Below, in pieces: positions 20,657-28,288 of a DNA stretch of 30,218 bases. This DNA is from a virus (Duplodnaviria > Caudoviricetes). Under the pieces are notes generated by a model. It saw only the letters and a list, made by a program, of their open reading frames with translations, was not told the origin of the DNA and did no database searches. The stretch is taken from IMG/VR virus record IMGVR_UViG_3300033076_000365, positions 1 to 30,218 of that record, one strand, 5' to 3'. Positions within the stretch are counted from its first letter, which is position 1. Every line of letters starts with the position of its first letter. Made by a program: the position numbers and the translations under genes.

Positions 20657-22296
20657 TACCTAACTCCAGTATTTGGTAGTAGTGGGGAAATATTTCTAAC
20701 AGAAGGATTTTGTACAGCACCTAATGGAGTGGGTGCTACCTGTGGAGGAGTACCTGCTGGAACCGAACCTTCTTCTTTTACCATCATATCTTTAATAGCT
20801 TCAGCTTTAAATGTTTCTGGAAGATTTAAGACACGCACCACTTCATTAAGGATGAGTTCTTTGGGCACTCCAAGCTCCACCAAGGTAGGTATATTAGCTA
20901 GGAGCTGTCCTTTACTGATTGCTTCAGAGATTGGAGTAGAAGAGCTGTCAGCAGCGTAAACAGAGAAGTCTCCCATTAGGTCATCTGGAGTAACAGCAGA
21001 TAGTTTTCCATCAAGAAAAACAATCTGTTTCATTCCTTCTGTTAAATATAATCCTAACACAGAAAGATAAATCTTAACCATGTTCTCAATGACAGCATCA
21101 CGCTCTCTAGCCAACCTTCCTATTTCAGACGATGTATAAGCAGCAAGAGCAGCAGTCTCTGCCGCTGTAATTTTTGTAGCTTCTCCTCGTGTAAAGGGAG
21201 CCATAATAGAACCCTTATCTTTATCAGCAACAACTTGACGGTAATACTGTTCCAGTTCTGGGGGTGTGGCGTTTTGAGGAAGAGCTTTAACAACTCCTTC
21301 AAGACTTTCATCTTCTACCTCAATAAAGATACCGTCAATACCTGCGGTAATCTGAGCCATCTGTTCGCTATCAAGAGAGCCTTTCTTTACAAGATACTGA
21401 CGAGAAGCTTTACGTACAGCATTAGCTTGGAAGCTTCGGATAATATTCATTTCAAAGATTTGGTCGTATACTCTTTTCATAGCAGAGTAACCTTCCAATG
21501 GAGTATCTGGAATTCTATTAAAGTAGAATGGAGCAATAGGTGGCTGAGGTTTTCCATCCCATGTACGGAAAGGAATAGCTACCTTCTCTTCCATCAATAT
21601 CTTATCTTCTTTCCAGTTAGGAGAATAAAAGATTAAACGGTCTTCCACCAAATCATACAATTCAAATATCTTTATGTATTCAAAGGTACTTGATGGTTCG
21701 GTATGGTCTTCCAACTTTTCTTTCTCAAAATAAAGAGTAGAGATTTTAGACATAGGTGTCCAATCTTTGGCACCAAACTTTTCATCTGCTTCTTTGACTG
21801 GAAGGTAATAAATATGTCCTACGTATTTCTGTAAGTCCCAACGAGGAGCATCATAATCTACAACAACTTCCCAAGGAGGAATAGCTACAGGTAATACTTT
21901 GGATAGGAGATTATCGCTCTCTATTGGAACCAATTTAATAAAGGAGTGGGTGTAGATAAGAGCCATACGGGAAGCTCCCTCTATTTCTCTACGGCTACGC
22001 TCAAGAAATTCATTGGAGATAAACTGTGCTTTCTTAACAGAACCTTTGTTCTCTAATCCTGTCTTCAGAACAACGTTAGGATGTTTAGCATAGAGAGAAG
22101 CAATATAACTTTCAATATAAGAATATCCTTCAGATACTTGAACTTGTAGCTGAGTATCTTTCCATCCAACAACAACCCCCTGTTCATCCCAGAAGTTTGT
22201 TTCATAAGCTGCCTTGTATCTTCTCATCTCACTACGCTTCTTATCCCAGAATGAGTTATGATAAGAAAGAATGTTTTTAATATCTTTTATCTTCAT
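20656..22296 (-). CDS. Portal protein (546 aa)
   Basis: Directly after the terminase; size; VVVDYDA, PLEGYS and TRGEATKITAAET motifs of podovirus-type portals. Confidence 0.85.
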   Translation of the reverse strand: MKIKDIKNILSYHNSFWDKKRSEMRRYKAAYETNFWDEQGVVVGWKDTQLQVQVSEGYSYIESYIASLYAKHPNVVLKTGLENKGSVKKAQFISNEFLERSRREIEGASRMALIYTHSFIKLVPIESDNLLSKVLPVAIPPWEVVVDYDAPRWDLQKYVGHIYYLPVKEADEKFGAKDWTPMSKISTLYFEKEKLEDHTEPSSTFEYIKIFELYDLVEDRLIFYSPNWKEDKILMEEKVAIPFRTWDGKPQPPIAPFYFNRIPDTPLEGYSAMKRVYDQIFEMNIIRSFQANAVRKASRQYLVKKGSLDSEQMAQITAGIDGIFIEVEDESLEGVVKALPQNATPPELEQYYRQVVADKDKGSIMAPFTRGEATKITAAETAALAAYTSSEIGRLARERDAVIENMVKIYLSVLGLYLTEGMKQIVFLDGKLSAVTPDDLMGDFSVYAADSSSTPISEAISKGQLLANIPTLVELGVPKELILNEVVRVLNLPETFKAEAIKDMMVKEEGSVPAGTPPQVAPTPLGAVQNPSVRNISPLLPNTGVR

Positions 22297-22309
22297 CTAC
22301 AAGTTCCCT

Positions 22310-23821
22310 CTAATAATAGTTCTTTTTTTTGTACTCATATCCTACAGGTTTATAAGCTAATGGAATACCAGCAAAAGCTTGTGCTCTCTTTTTCTTTTTC
22401 CATTCTTCTATTGGATTGACACGTTCTTCTCTCCAAACTTCTTTTCCTTTTAAAGCCCAGTATGCAATCATAGTAGAGAATAATAAATCATCATGTTCTC
22501 CTTTAGGATGGTCAGGTCTATCTCCAATCCAAGAACAAGTTTTAATTTGATGCAGTAAATCTTTATCCATCTCTACTATTAGTTCATCTTCTACTATTTC
22601 TTTAAAGTGAGAGAATAGCCGATTACGGTTTGACATCGTAGTAGTAAACCATCTGCCATCTTTATCTTTCCATAGCTTCTTATATCCCCATCCTACTAGA
22701 GCTTCTATAACAGAGGCACCATAAGAATTTGCTTCTACTATAATTTGTGGATTAGAATATTCTAATGCCGTTTCATATAACTCTTCAGCAAAAGCTCTAG
22801 GTGTTAAAGTATTGGAAAGATAATGATAGACAGGTTGCATAGTAGCATTGTGTATAATTGTAAATGCAGAATAATCTCCACCTACTCCAGCAGATACATC
22901 AACACCTATTGTATAAAGGTCTCCATCAATTATCTGGTGACGATATTTTCTTTTTTCTCTGGAGCCTAAACTTATTCCCTTTATCTCTTCACATTTATCA
23001 TTCCAGAAATAAGGTACATTCTTGCTACCCTTGAATGCTTCTTCTATAGTCCTAGGATATTCTCTAATAAATTTCTCATAGCCTAGTGTACTTATTTGTT
23101 TTCTTCTCCAAGAGATTTGAGAGATAGTTAGACCACCTTCCATCAAAGCTTTCTCTTCATCATATATTCTTTGTAATCTATTTACACCTTTGTCTGAGTA
23201 TTCCTCATTACAAGTCCAAGGAAAGAATAAAACTTTCCATTCATTTTTACCAGCTAAACTATCCTCTACTAACTTATTAAAATAATCTCCTGCTGTATTA
23301 GGAGAACTTTCTATAACTATTCCTCCATCTCCAACAGCAGCAAGTATTGTAGCTAAGGCTTCTTCTGGATTTTCATAGAAAGGAAACTCTGATAGATGTG
23401 CTTGAGTAAATACATAACTTCTTGTTCCTCCTTGTCCTCCTGCTGTGAATGCTTTTAATTCAGCACCATTCTTTTTACGTAAGGTTCTAGAGGTTGCTTT
23501 ATCTGTAGGAGGTTTAATCTTAGGAGGAAGATTATTATAAAATGTTTTATCTGTATTGTGTAAGTTATCAGCAGCTTCTCTTGTATGTGCTACTACTCCT
23601 AACTTAACTGGTTCACTAGCTGAATACCATAGCCAGAATTGATATGCTCTAACTAATGTAGAGATACCTAGCTGTCTTGCTTTAACAACTATTATTCTTT
23701 TATGTCCTTCCAACAACAAATCCAACAACTCACTCTGGGCGGAATTTAAATCAAAATAAGTTAGTCTTTGTTTCTCTTTGTTATAGATTGTAAGGGCCGA
23801 TATGAAATCTTGGGGTGTCAT
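22310..23821 (-). CDS. terL: Terminase large subunit
   Basis: Walker A VVKARQLGIST, Walker B AHLSEF, coupling motif IESS, RNase H-like IGVDVSAGVGGDYSA, IVEANSYG, HDDLL. Confidence 0.95.
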   Translation of the reverse strand: MTPQDFISALTIYNKEKQRLTYFDLNSAQSELLDLLLEGHKRIIVVKARQLGISTLVRAYQFWLWYSASEPVKLGVVAHTREAADNLHNTDKTFYNNLPPKIKPPTDKATSRTLRKKNGAELKAFTAGGQGGTRSYVFTQAHLSEFPFYENPEEALATILAAVGDGGIVIESSPNTAGDYFNKLVEDSLAGKNEWKVLFFPWTCNEEYSDKGVNRLQRIYDEEKALMEGGLTISQISWRRKQISTLGYEKFIREYPRTIEEAFKGSKNVPYFWNDKCEEIKGISLGSREKRKYRHQIIDGDLYTIGVDVSAGVGGDYSAFTIIHNATMQPVYHYLSNTLTPRAFAEELYETALEYSNPQIIVEANSYGASVIEALVGWGYKKLWKDKDGRWFTTTMSNRNRLFSHFKEIVEDELIVEMDKDLLHQIKTCSWIGDRPDHPKGEHDDLLFSTMIAYWALKGKEVWREERVNPIEEWKKKKRAQAFAGIPLAYKPVGYEYKKKNYY

Positions 23822-23902
23822 TTAGTTTCCTAGGTTAACGTCGTGTCGTGACCAATACGTTTGTTTTTTTAGAGAAGTAGATAGTAGGCCACTGGTATAC
23901 AT
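23822..23902 (-). CDS. Possible 26-aa peptide (MYTSGLLSTSLKKQTYWSRHDVNLGN), in frame with terL
   Basis: Hand-translated; RBS-like AGGGAA; its TAA abuts the terL ATG. Confidence 0.35.
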   Translation of the reverse strand: MYTSGLLSTSLKKQTYWSRHDVNLGN

Positions 23903-23949
23903 ATTTTCCCTAGAAGTATTTGTCTCTTTTTTTGCAAATATGTTTGTTA

Positions 23950-24252
23950 TTACTTACCGCCCTTAACTACTTTTAATCTATCGTTAAAAGCTTTCATTAC
24001 ATCATCAACACCTGTATCTATTCCTTCCTTCTGAGCTTTCTTTAGAGCTATCTGGGCATTGAGAATATCTATAATTATTCTTGGGGTTATCTTCTCAGTA
24101 ACCCTTTCATTGCCTTCTATTTCTAGGAGACAAAGTTCCATGAAGTTTTTTAATAAGTCTTCTGCTCTATCTTCTTTAGCTGCTCTTCGACATTTGCGTA
24201 GGGTTCTCTGTCTATGCGTATGTCTAGAGGGTTTATCGTTTTCTTCTTCCAT
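23950..24252 (-). CDS. Putative terminase small subunit (100 aa; start revised to MEEENDKP)
   Basis: Helical ORF upstream of terL; RBS GAGGAG before ATG at 24252. Confidence 0.55.
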   Translation of the reverse strand: MEEENDKPSRHTHRQRTLRKCRRAAKEDRAEDLLKNFMELCLLEIEGNERVTEKITPRIIIDILNAQIALKKAQKEGIDTGVDDVMKAFNDRLKVVKGGK

Positions 24253-24589
24253 CTTTAATCTCCTCGATTTCTTTATAAACTTTCTGTAACTTCTTCCAAG
24301 CGGTTGAAGTGGAGCAAGATAAATCGCGGGCCATATCATCAAATTTACCCGTTTTAATGAAAGATGCCAACACTCTTTGACTACTCGGATTTAGTAAAGC
24401 CACGATTTCTTTTGCTTCCTCTACTAAAAGCTCTTTTCTTTCCCATTTAGCTTCACTTTCGTCTATTCCATCTAGGTAATTAATCATATTATCTTCTTCA
24501 TTACCTTCTCTATAACCCTCTAGAACATGCTCAATAAAGTGATTATCTTTCTGCAATAATACTTTACATTGCCAATCTTTATTCTTCAT
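24233..24589 (-). CDS. Sigma70 region-4-like HTH protein, putative late transcription activator (RinA/ArpU-like position)
   Basis: LNPSSQRVL...FDDMARDLSCSTSTAWKKLQKVYKEI fits a region-4 HTH; lies just upstream of the packaging genes. Confidence 0.7.
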   Translation of the reverse strand: MKNKDWQCKVLLQKDNHFIEHVLEGYREGNEEDNMINYLDGIDESEAKWERKELLVEEAKEIVALLNPSSQRVLASFIKTGKFDDMARDLSCSTSTAWKKLQKVYKEIEEIKDGRRKR

Positions 24590-24758
24590 TTCTGCTCACT
24601 TTCTCCCACTCCTCTATACCCCACATAATATCCTTAACTTTCTGATGGATGTTATGGGTAAGTATAGTTGCTTCTTCTACCTTCTGAATAAGTTGGTCAA
24701 ACTTATCATCAATTCTTTTCAGACTTCCCTTTACTTCTTCTACTTCTGATGGGTTCAT
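24579..24758 (-). CDS. Hypothetical coiled-coil protein (59 aa; start revised to MNPSEVEEV)
   Basis: RBS AAGGAG before ATG at 24758; removes most of the overlap with 24709..24990. Confidence 0.55.
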   Translation of the reverse strand: MNPSEVEEVKGSLKRIDDKFDQLIQKVEEATILTHNIHQKVKDIMWGIEEWEKVSRNEE

Positions 24759-24990
24759 TAATTCGTTCTCCTTCAGCAACCTGTAATACGGCTGGCTCTG
24801 CTTTAATTTCTCCATCTGCAATCTGTCTATCAAGTCTGGATGGTAAGGTATTTCTTCTTCTTTTCTCTCGGCGGTGTGATATGTTGGTGGCATTATCTTT
24901 GGCATATCTTTGTATCTCATCCTGTGTAATCTCCTCATCAAATATCATTTTGAGTAACCATAACTGTTTCTCTGTTAGTTCTCTTCCCAT
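24709..24990 (-). CDS. Hypothetical protein (93 aa)
   Basis: RBS AGGA; starts 2 nt after the upstream stop. Confidence 0.55.
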   Translation of the reverse strand: MGRELTEKQLWLLKMIFDEEITQDEIQRYAKDNATNISHRREKRRRNTLPSRLDRQIADGEIKAEPAVLQVAEGERINEPIRSRRSKGKSEKN

Positions 24991-24992
24991 TT

Positions 24993-25256
24993 TTATTTCC
25001 TATTTAAAAGTGTTAACTTATCGTAAGCTTCTTCTATTGCGAATGATTGGGTACATCTTCCTACAAAATCTATCACAACTATAAAGCCCTCTTCAATTCT
25101 TTCTACCATTCCTGTATGTGTTTGTAGGATAGTATCTATTGTTACTGGAACATCATCTAATCTTCTTCCGTCTTTTATTCTCTCATAGATTGTGGCGAGG
25201 TCATTAGGATGAAGTGTGAGAACATTCCATTGTACAAGGTCGGCTACTTCAATCAT
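24993..25256 (-). CDS. Hypothetical protein (87 aa), possible SH3/KOW-like barrel
   Basis: TAATG coupling to the upstream gene; IEVADLVQW...GMVERIEEGFIVV. Confidence 0.6.
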   Translation of the reverse strand: MIEVADLVQWNVLTLHPNDLATIYERIKDGRRLDDVPVTIDTILQTHTGMVERIEEGFIVVIDFVGRCTQSFAIEEAYDKLTLLNRK

Positions 25257-25585
25257 TAAAATATATCCCAGTCTTGAGAGAAAGACTTATGCACTGGAGC
25301 CTTCTGAAGTTCCTGTGGGTTTAGGTCTATTGTATCTGAGAAGTCTTGGATATCTTCTTCTTCAATATCGAGAAGCTTATTACCTTCTTCTACCCTAGAG
25401 TTATCTTCATCTGATACTGCGGCTAACCATTTGCCGACCTGAATTGGAACGAGAAGTTTATAAGTTACAAAGTCTGGATTGCCTGCCCTTGTATTTACTA
25501 CTATGGTAACTGCATCTCCAACAGAAAAAGGTGGGACCATTTTAATTCCTAATGCTTCTTCTACTTCTTTAATCTTAGATTGCAT
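25256..25585 (-). CDS. Hypothetical protein (109 aa; start revised to MQSKIKEVEE), KOW-like motif and acidic tail
   Basis: RBS AAGGA before ATG at 25585; FSVGDAVTI; ends ...QDWDIF. Confidence 0.6.
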   Translation of the reverse strand: MQSKIKEVEEALGIKMVPPFSVGDAVTIVVNTRAGNPDFVTYKLLVPIQVGKWLAAVSDEDNSRVEEGNKLLDIEEEDIQDFSDTIDLNPQELQKAPVHKSFSQDWDIF

Positions 25586-26027
25586 GATAGATTTCCTTTG
25601 CTTTGAGATAAGCTGAGTGGGCTTCTTCTTCTGTATTGAATGTACCAAGATGAATTTGTTTTCCATTTGCTTGAATGCTGGAGAACCACTTACTATAATC
25701 ACCACATTTATAAGCACCCTTGGAAGCCGTGTTCCAACTATTTTGTTTTAATGTTACTAGTCGAAGGTTCTCTACCCTATTATCACCCCTGACCCTATTG
25801 ATGTGGTCAATGACTAAATCTTTATTGTCATGCTGAAGATAATATTTAGCTACCAAGCGATGATTGTAGTGTGTACTTTCTCTTCCTTCCCAACAAAGAA
25901 TAACCTTCAAGTATCCATCCTTATCAGGTGCTGGCTTAAGTTGTTTTATCTTTCCATTTCTGAAGGACCAAACATTACCATCGCTATCTATTTTATATCT
26001 ACCATTGTATCCAATTATATCTTTCAT
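25575..26027 (-). CDS. NUMOD4-HNH-AP2 homing endonuclease
   Basis: GYNGRYKIDSDGNVWS and DKDGYLKVIL (NUMOD4); HRLVA...IDHINRVRGDNRVENLR (HNH); KWFSSI..NGKQIHLGTFNTEEEAHSAY (AP2); RBS AAGGAG. Confidence 0.92.
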   Translation of the reverse strand: MKDIIGYNGRYKIDSDGNVWSFRNGKIKQLKPAPDKDGYLKVILCWEGRESTHYNHRLVAKYYLQHDNKDLVIDHINRVRGDNRVENLRLVTLKQNSWNTASKGAYKCGDYSKWFSSIQANGKQIHLGTFNTEEEAHSAYLKAKEIYHAI

Positions 26028-26100
26028 CTTATCTCCTTGAATTTTTACTTTAACTTTTCTTTAACTGAAGAACTTATAACCGCCATTATTATTTCTTCTA

Positions 26101-26600
26101 TACTATATGTTTAAGTAATAATAGTTTCTTATTCTTTTCTTCTTTTTTATTTAATATTATTTAATATCTTTAGTAATTAGTTTAGATATATCTTAAAAGA
26201 ACTTTTTATTTAAAATATATTTTTTATATTTCCTACAAGATACATTCTAACAAGAAGATATTCAGCCGCCACTTGTATCTTCTTGTAGGAATATTATACC
26301 TCAGCTTCCCTATCTTGTCTACCCTTGTAGGAACTTTCTTGTTGGTTACCTGTCGGGATACCTTAGGTTCGCTACGCTCACACCCTCACCCCCTACCCCC
26401 TCTCCCATGCAAAAGTATTACCAGATTTTAGGGTGTGACCATAAAAAAAATGAAAATAATTTTAAAATAATTTTTGAGGCGATTGGAACCTCTATTCAGC
26501 TCACGCAATAGGAAGCGATTTAAGCCTAGGATAATAGGCTACCCATCTCTTACCATACCCTCACCCATCCATCGCGCTCATATCGCTTCCCAGTGGCCTT
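26101..26600. other. Non-coding control region / candidate replication origin
   Basis: AT-rich block 26101-26230, clustered ACAAG/CTTGT inverted repeats, C-rich tract, hairpins; no credible ORF. Confidence 0.5.
26230..26291. repeat. Inverted repeats TTCCTACAAGA (26230-26240) / TCTTGTAGGAA (26281-26291) and ACAAGAAGATA (26250-26260) / TATCTTCTTGT (26276-26286)
   Basis: Perfect 11-bp complementary pairs read directly; further CTTGTAGGAA copy at 26324-26333. Confidence 0.85.
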
Positions 26601-26601
26601 C

Positions 26602-26799
26602 CTAGTTGTCTAAATAGTATGGGCTGTGGGGTAGTTCGTTCAGCAGTATGTGATATAATTCTTCCTGAGCTTTTTCTTTGTCTCTCTTTGCAATCTTCTT
26701 GCCATACAGGGTAAGATAGGTTATTAAGATTGTAGCCGCCCGCTCAAATTCTTTTGTTAATTTCTTAACGTCGTTCTCTCGTTCCCAATGTGGAGACAT
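26602..26799 (-). CDS. Hypothetical early protein (65 aa from ATG 26799; ORF track starts at GTG 26805)
   Basis: RBS GAGAGGT; divergent from the nuclease gene. Confidence 0.6.
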   Translation of the reverse strand: MSPHWERENDVKKLTKEFERAATILITYLTLYGKKIAKRDKEKAQEELYHILLNELPHSPYYLDN

Positions 26800-26805
26800 A
26801 AACAC

Positions 26806-26938
26806 CTCTCTAAAAAAAGTTAAAATATTTTTTATATTATAAGCTTTTAATATATTTATCTACTATTTATTTGTAGTTAATGTAGATTACACCGCCATGT
26901 AATCTCTTGACAAAAACTAAATCAATAGGAGATACAAA
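26806..26938. promoter_or_regulatory. Divergent promoter region with 8-bp inverted repeat AGATTACA-ccgcca-TGTAATCT (26884-26905)
   Basis: AT-rich intergenic region between divergent genes; TATAAT on the minus strand at 26836-26841; RBS AGGAG before 26939. Confidence 0.55.
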
Positions 26939-27697
26939 ATGTTAGAGAGTAAAAAATCACAGGCAGAAAGATTAATCGGTAAGACTAGAGGTGAACACTT
27001 CAAGACTTGCCTACAAGGAAGCAAGATGGTAGTAAGACAAACCTGCAATGGGGTAAATGATTATTGTTCTGAATGGATAGCTGCCGCCACAGATGATGTT
27101 CTTCCTACTGCTGACCTGCTTCATCCACCAGATATGTTAATGACCAAAAGAGATAGCGGTAAAACTTACAAGATAGAAGTCAAGCGTGACGCAAGAAGTA
27201 GAGACACTGGTAATATCTTTTTTGAAACAAGAGCAATCTCAGAAGCAGTCCATGATGGATGCGAAAGAATGTGGTTCTGGATTGATGGATTGGGTTCTTA
27301 CCTCTTCATCAATTTGCCACAGTTACAGGTATGGTTACAGAACCAACACTACTATCACAAGGCTAATGCTGGTGATGGAAAAGTTTATGGTGGTAAAGTT
27401 AATTCTGGTTGGGCAATACCAATTAAGAAGTTTGTTGATGGAGAATGTCCATCAGTTAGAGTAGGTCCAATCGCTCCTCTCTGGTGTGAGGTAAGAAAGA
27501 GCTGGATAAATAGAAAGTATTTGCCTATTGATTTAAGAATTAAGGATGATGAATTCCAAAAATATTTAGAAGATTTTTGGAACACTCCTACTACCTCAGG
27601 AGAGAAGATGGTTGTAGATTTTGGTTCCCACTTCTGGAATGAGAAAGACAATAGCTGGATTGAAGTCTCTAAAATAATATCCAGTAAGTTAAAGTAA
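26939..27697 (+). CDS. PD-(D/E)XK restriction-endonuclease-fold nuclease (252 aa)
   Basis: PPDML...IEVKRD.....TGNIFFE motif; RBS AGGAG; only plus-strand gene. Confidence 0.78.
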   Translation: MLESKKSQAERLIGKTRGEHFKTCLQGSKMVVRQTCNGVNDYCSEWIAAATDDVLPTADLLHPPDMLMTKRDSGKTYKIEVKRDARSRDTGNIFFETRAISEAVHDGCERMWFWIDGLGSYLFINLPQLQVWLQNQHYYHKANAGDGKVYGGKVNSGWAIPIKKFVDGECPSVRVGPIAPLWCEVRKSWINRKYLPIDLRIKDDEFQKYLEDFWNTPTTSGEKMVVDFGSHFWNEKDNSWIEVSKIISSKLK

Positions 27698-27728
27698 AGT
27701 TATGCCATAGTAAAAAGTCAACTCCTTG

Positions 27729-27773
27729 AAAAAATTAACCCCTCTTACTTTGCGGTAGGAGGGGTTAATCTTT
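27729..27773. terminator. Bidirectional Rho-independent terminator between the convergent nuclease and endolysin genes
   Basis: ATTAACCCCTCTTAC-tttgcg-GTAGGAGGGGTTAAT stem with an A-tract on the left and CTTT on the right. Confidence 0.85.
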
Positions 27774-27883
27774 GTGGCGAGGATAAAGGATTTAATACAT
27801 ATAGAATTAGGTCGGTTAAAGATAACGCTAATCAAACAGATGTTGTGAATATAACTTAAGTGTTATTTGAATTCACAAATATA

Positions 27884-28288
27884 TTATACTGGGTACTTAG
27901 ATTTTAACCAAGCATAAAGATTATCTCCGCAACATATTGTTGGGGCTAAGTCTCTGTGTGCTACTATCTTTGCTGTTGGATGTTTGCCCTTCCATTCTCC
28001 CAGTAGAAGTTCTAATGAGATTAATTGGAAGGATGTTGGTGTATCTCTACTGAATGAACCTGTGAGACATACTGCGAGCGTTCCTTTATTGTGGCCTTTA
28101 ACAGATGCAGGCACCTCACTCTCTGGCCTTCCATCGTGAATAATCCCATCAGAAGTAATAATCTTATGGTAACCAATTCCACCGAAACCTCTTTCTTTAT
28201 GCCACTTCTCTATTTCTTTTGGAGTGGTATCTGGATGTGAAGCTGAATGATGAACTACAAAATGCGTAATTGTTTTTGGTTGTTTCAT
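27884..28288 (-). CDS. Endolysin, N-acetylmuramoyl-L-alanine amidase (Amidase_2 / T7 lysozyme-like)
   Basis: VVHHSA, IEKWHKERGFGGIGYH, GRP, GHN, AHRDL..T.C Zn ligands. Confidence 0.93.
   Translation of the reverse strand: MKQPKTITHFVVHHSASHPDTTPKEIEKWHKERGFGGIGYHKIITSDGIIHDGRPESEVPASVKGHNKGTLAVCLTGSFSRDTPTSFQLISLELLLGEWKGKHPTAKIVAHRDLAPTICCGDNLYAWLKSKYPV

Noticed and set aside
24759-24941. Long N-terminal extensions in the ORF track for the 120-aa ORF (also the 130-aa and 153-aa ORFs)
   Set aside because: They overlap better-supported genes, and downstream ATGs have clear RBSs
26101-26600. CRISPR array, tRNA or attP site
   Set aside because: Repeats are short and mostly inverted, without regular spacers; no cloverleaf; no integrase
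25190-27782. TTGTGGCGAGG direct repeat at 25190 and 27772
   Set aside because: An 11-bp repeat is expected by chance in 30 kb, and one copy is inside a CDS
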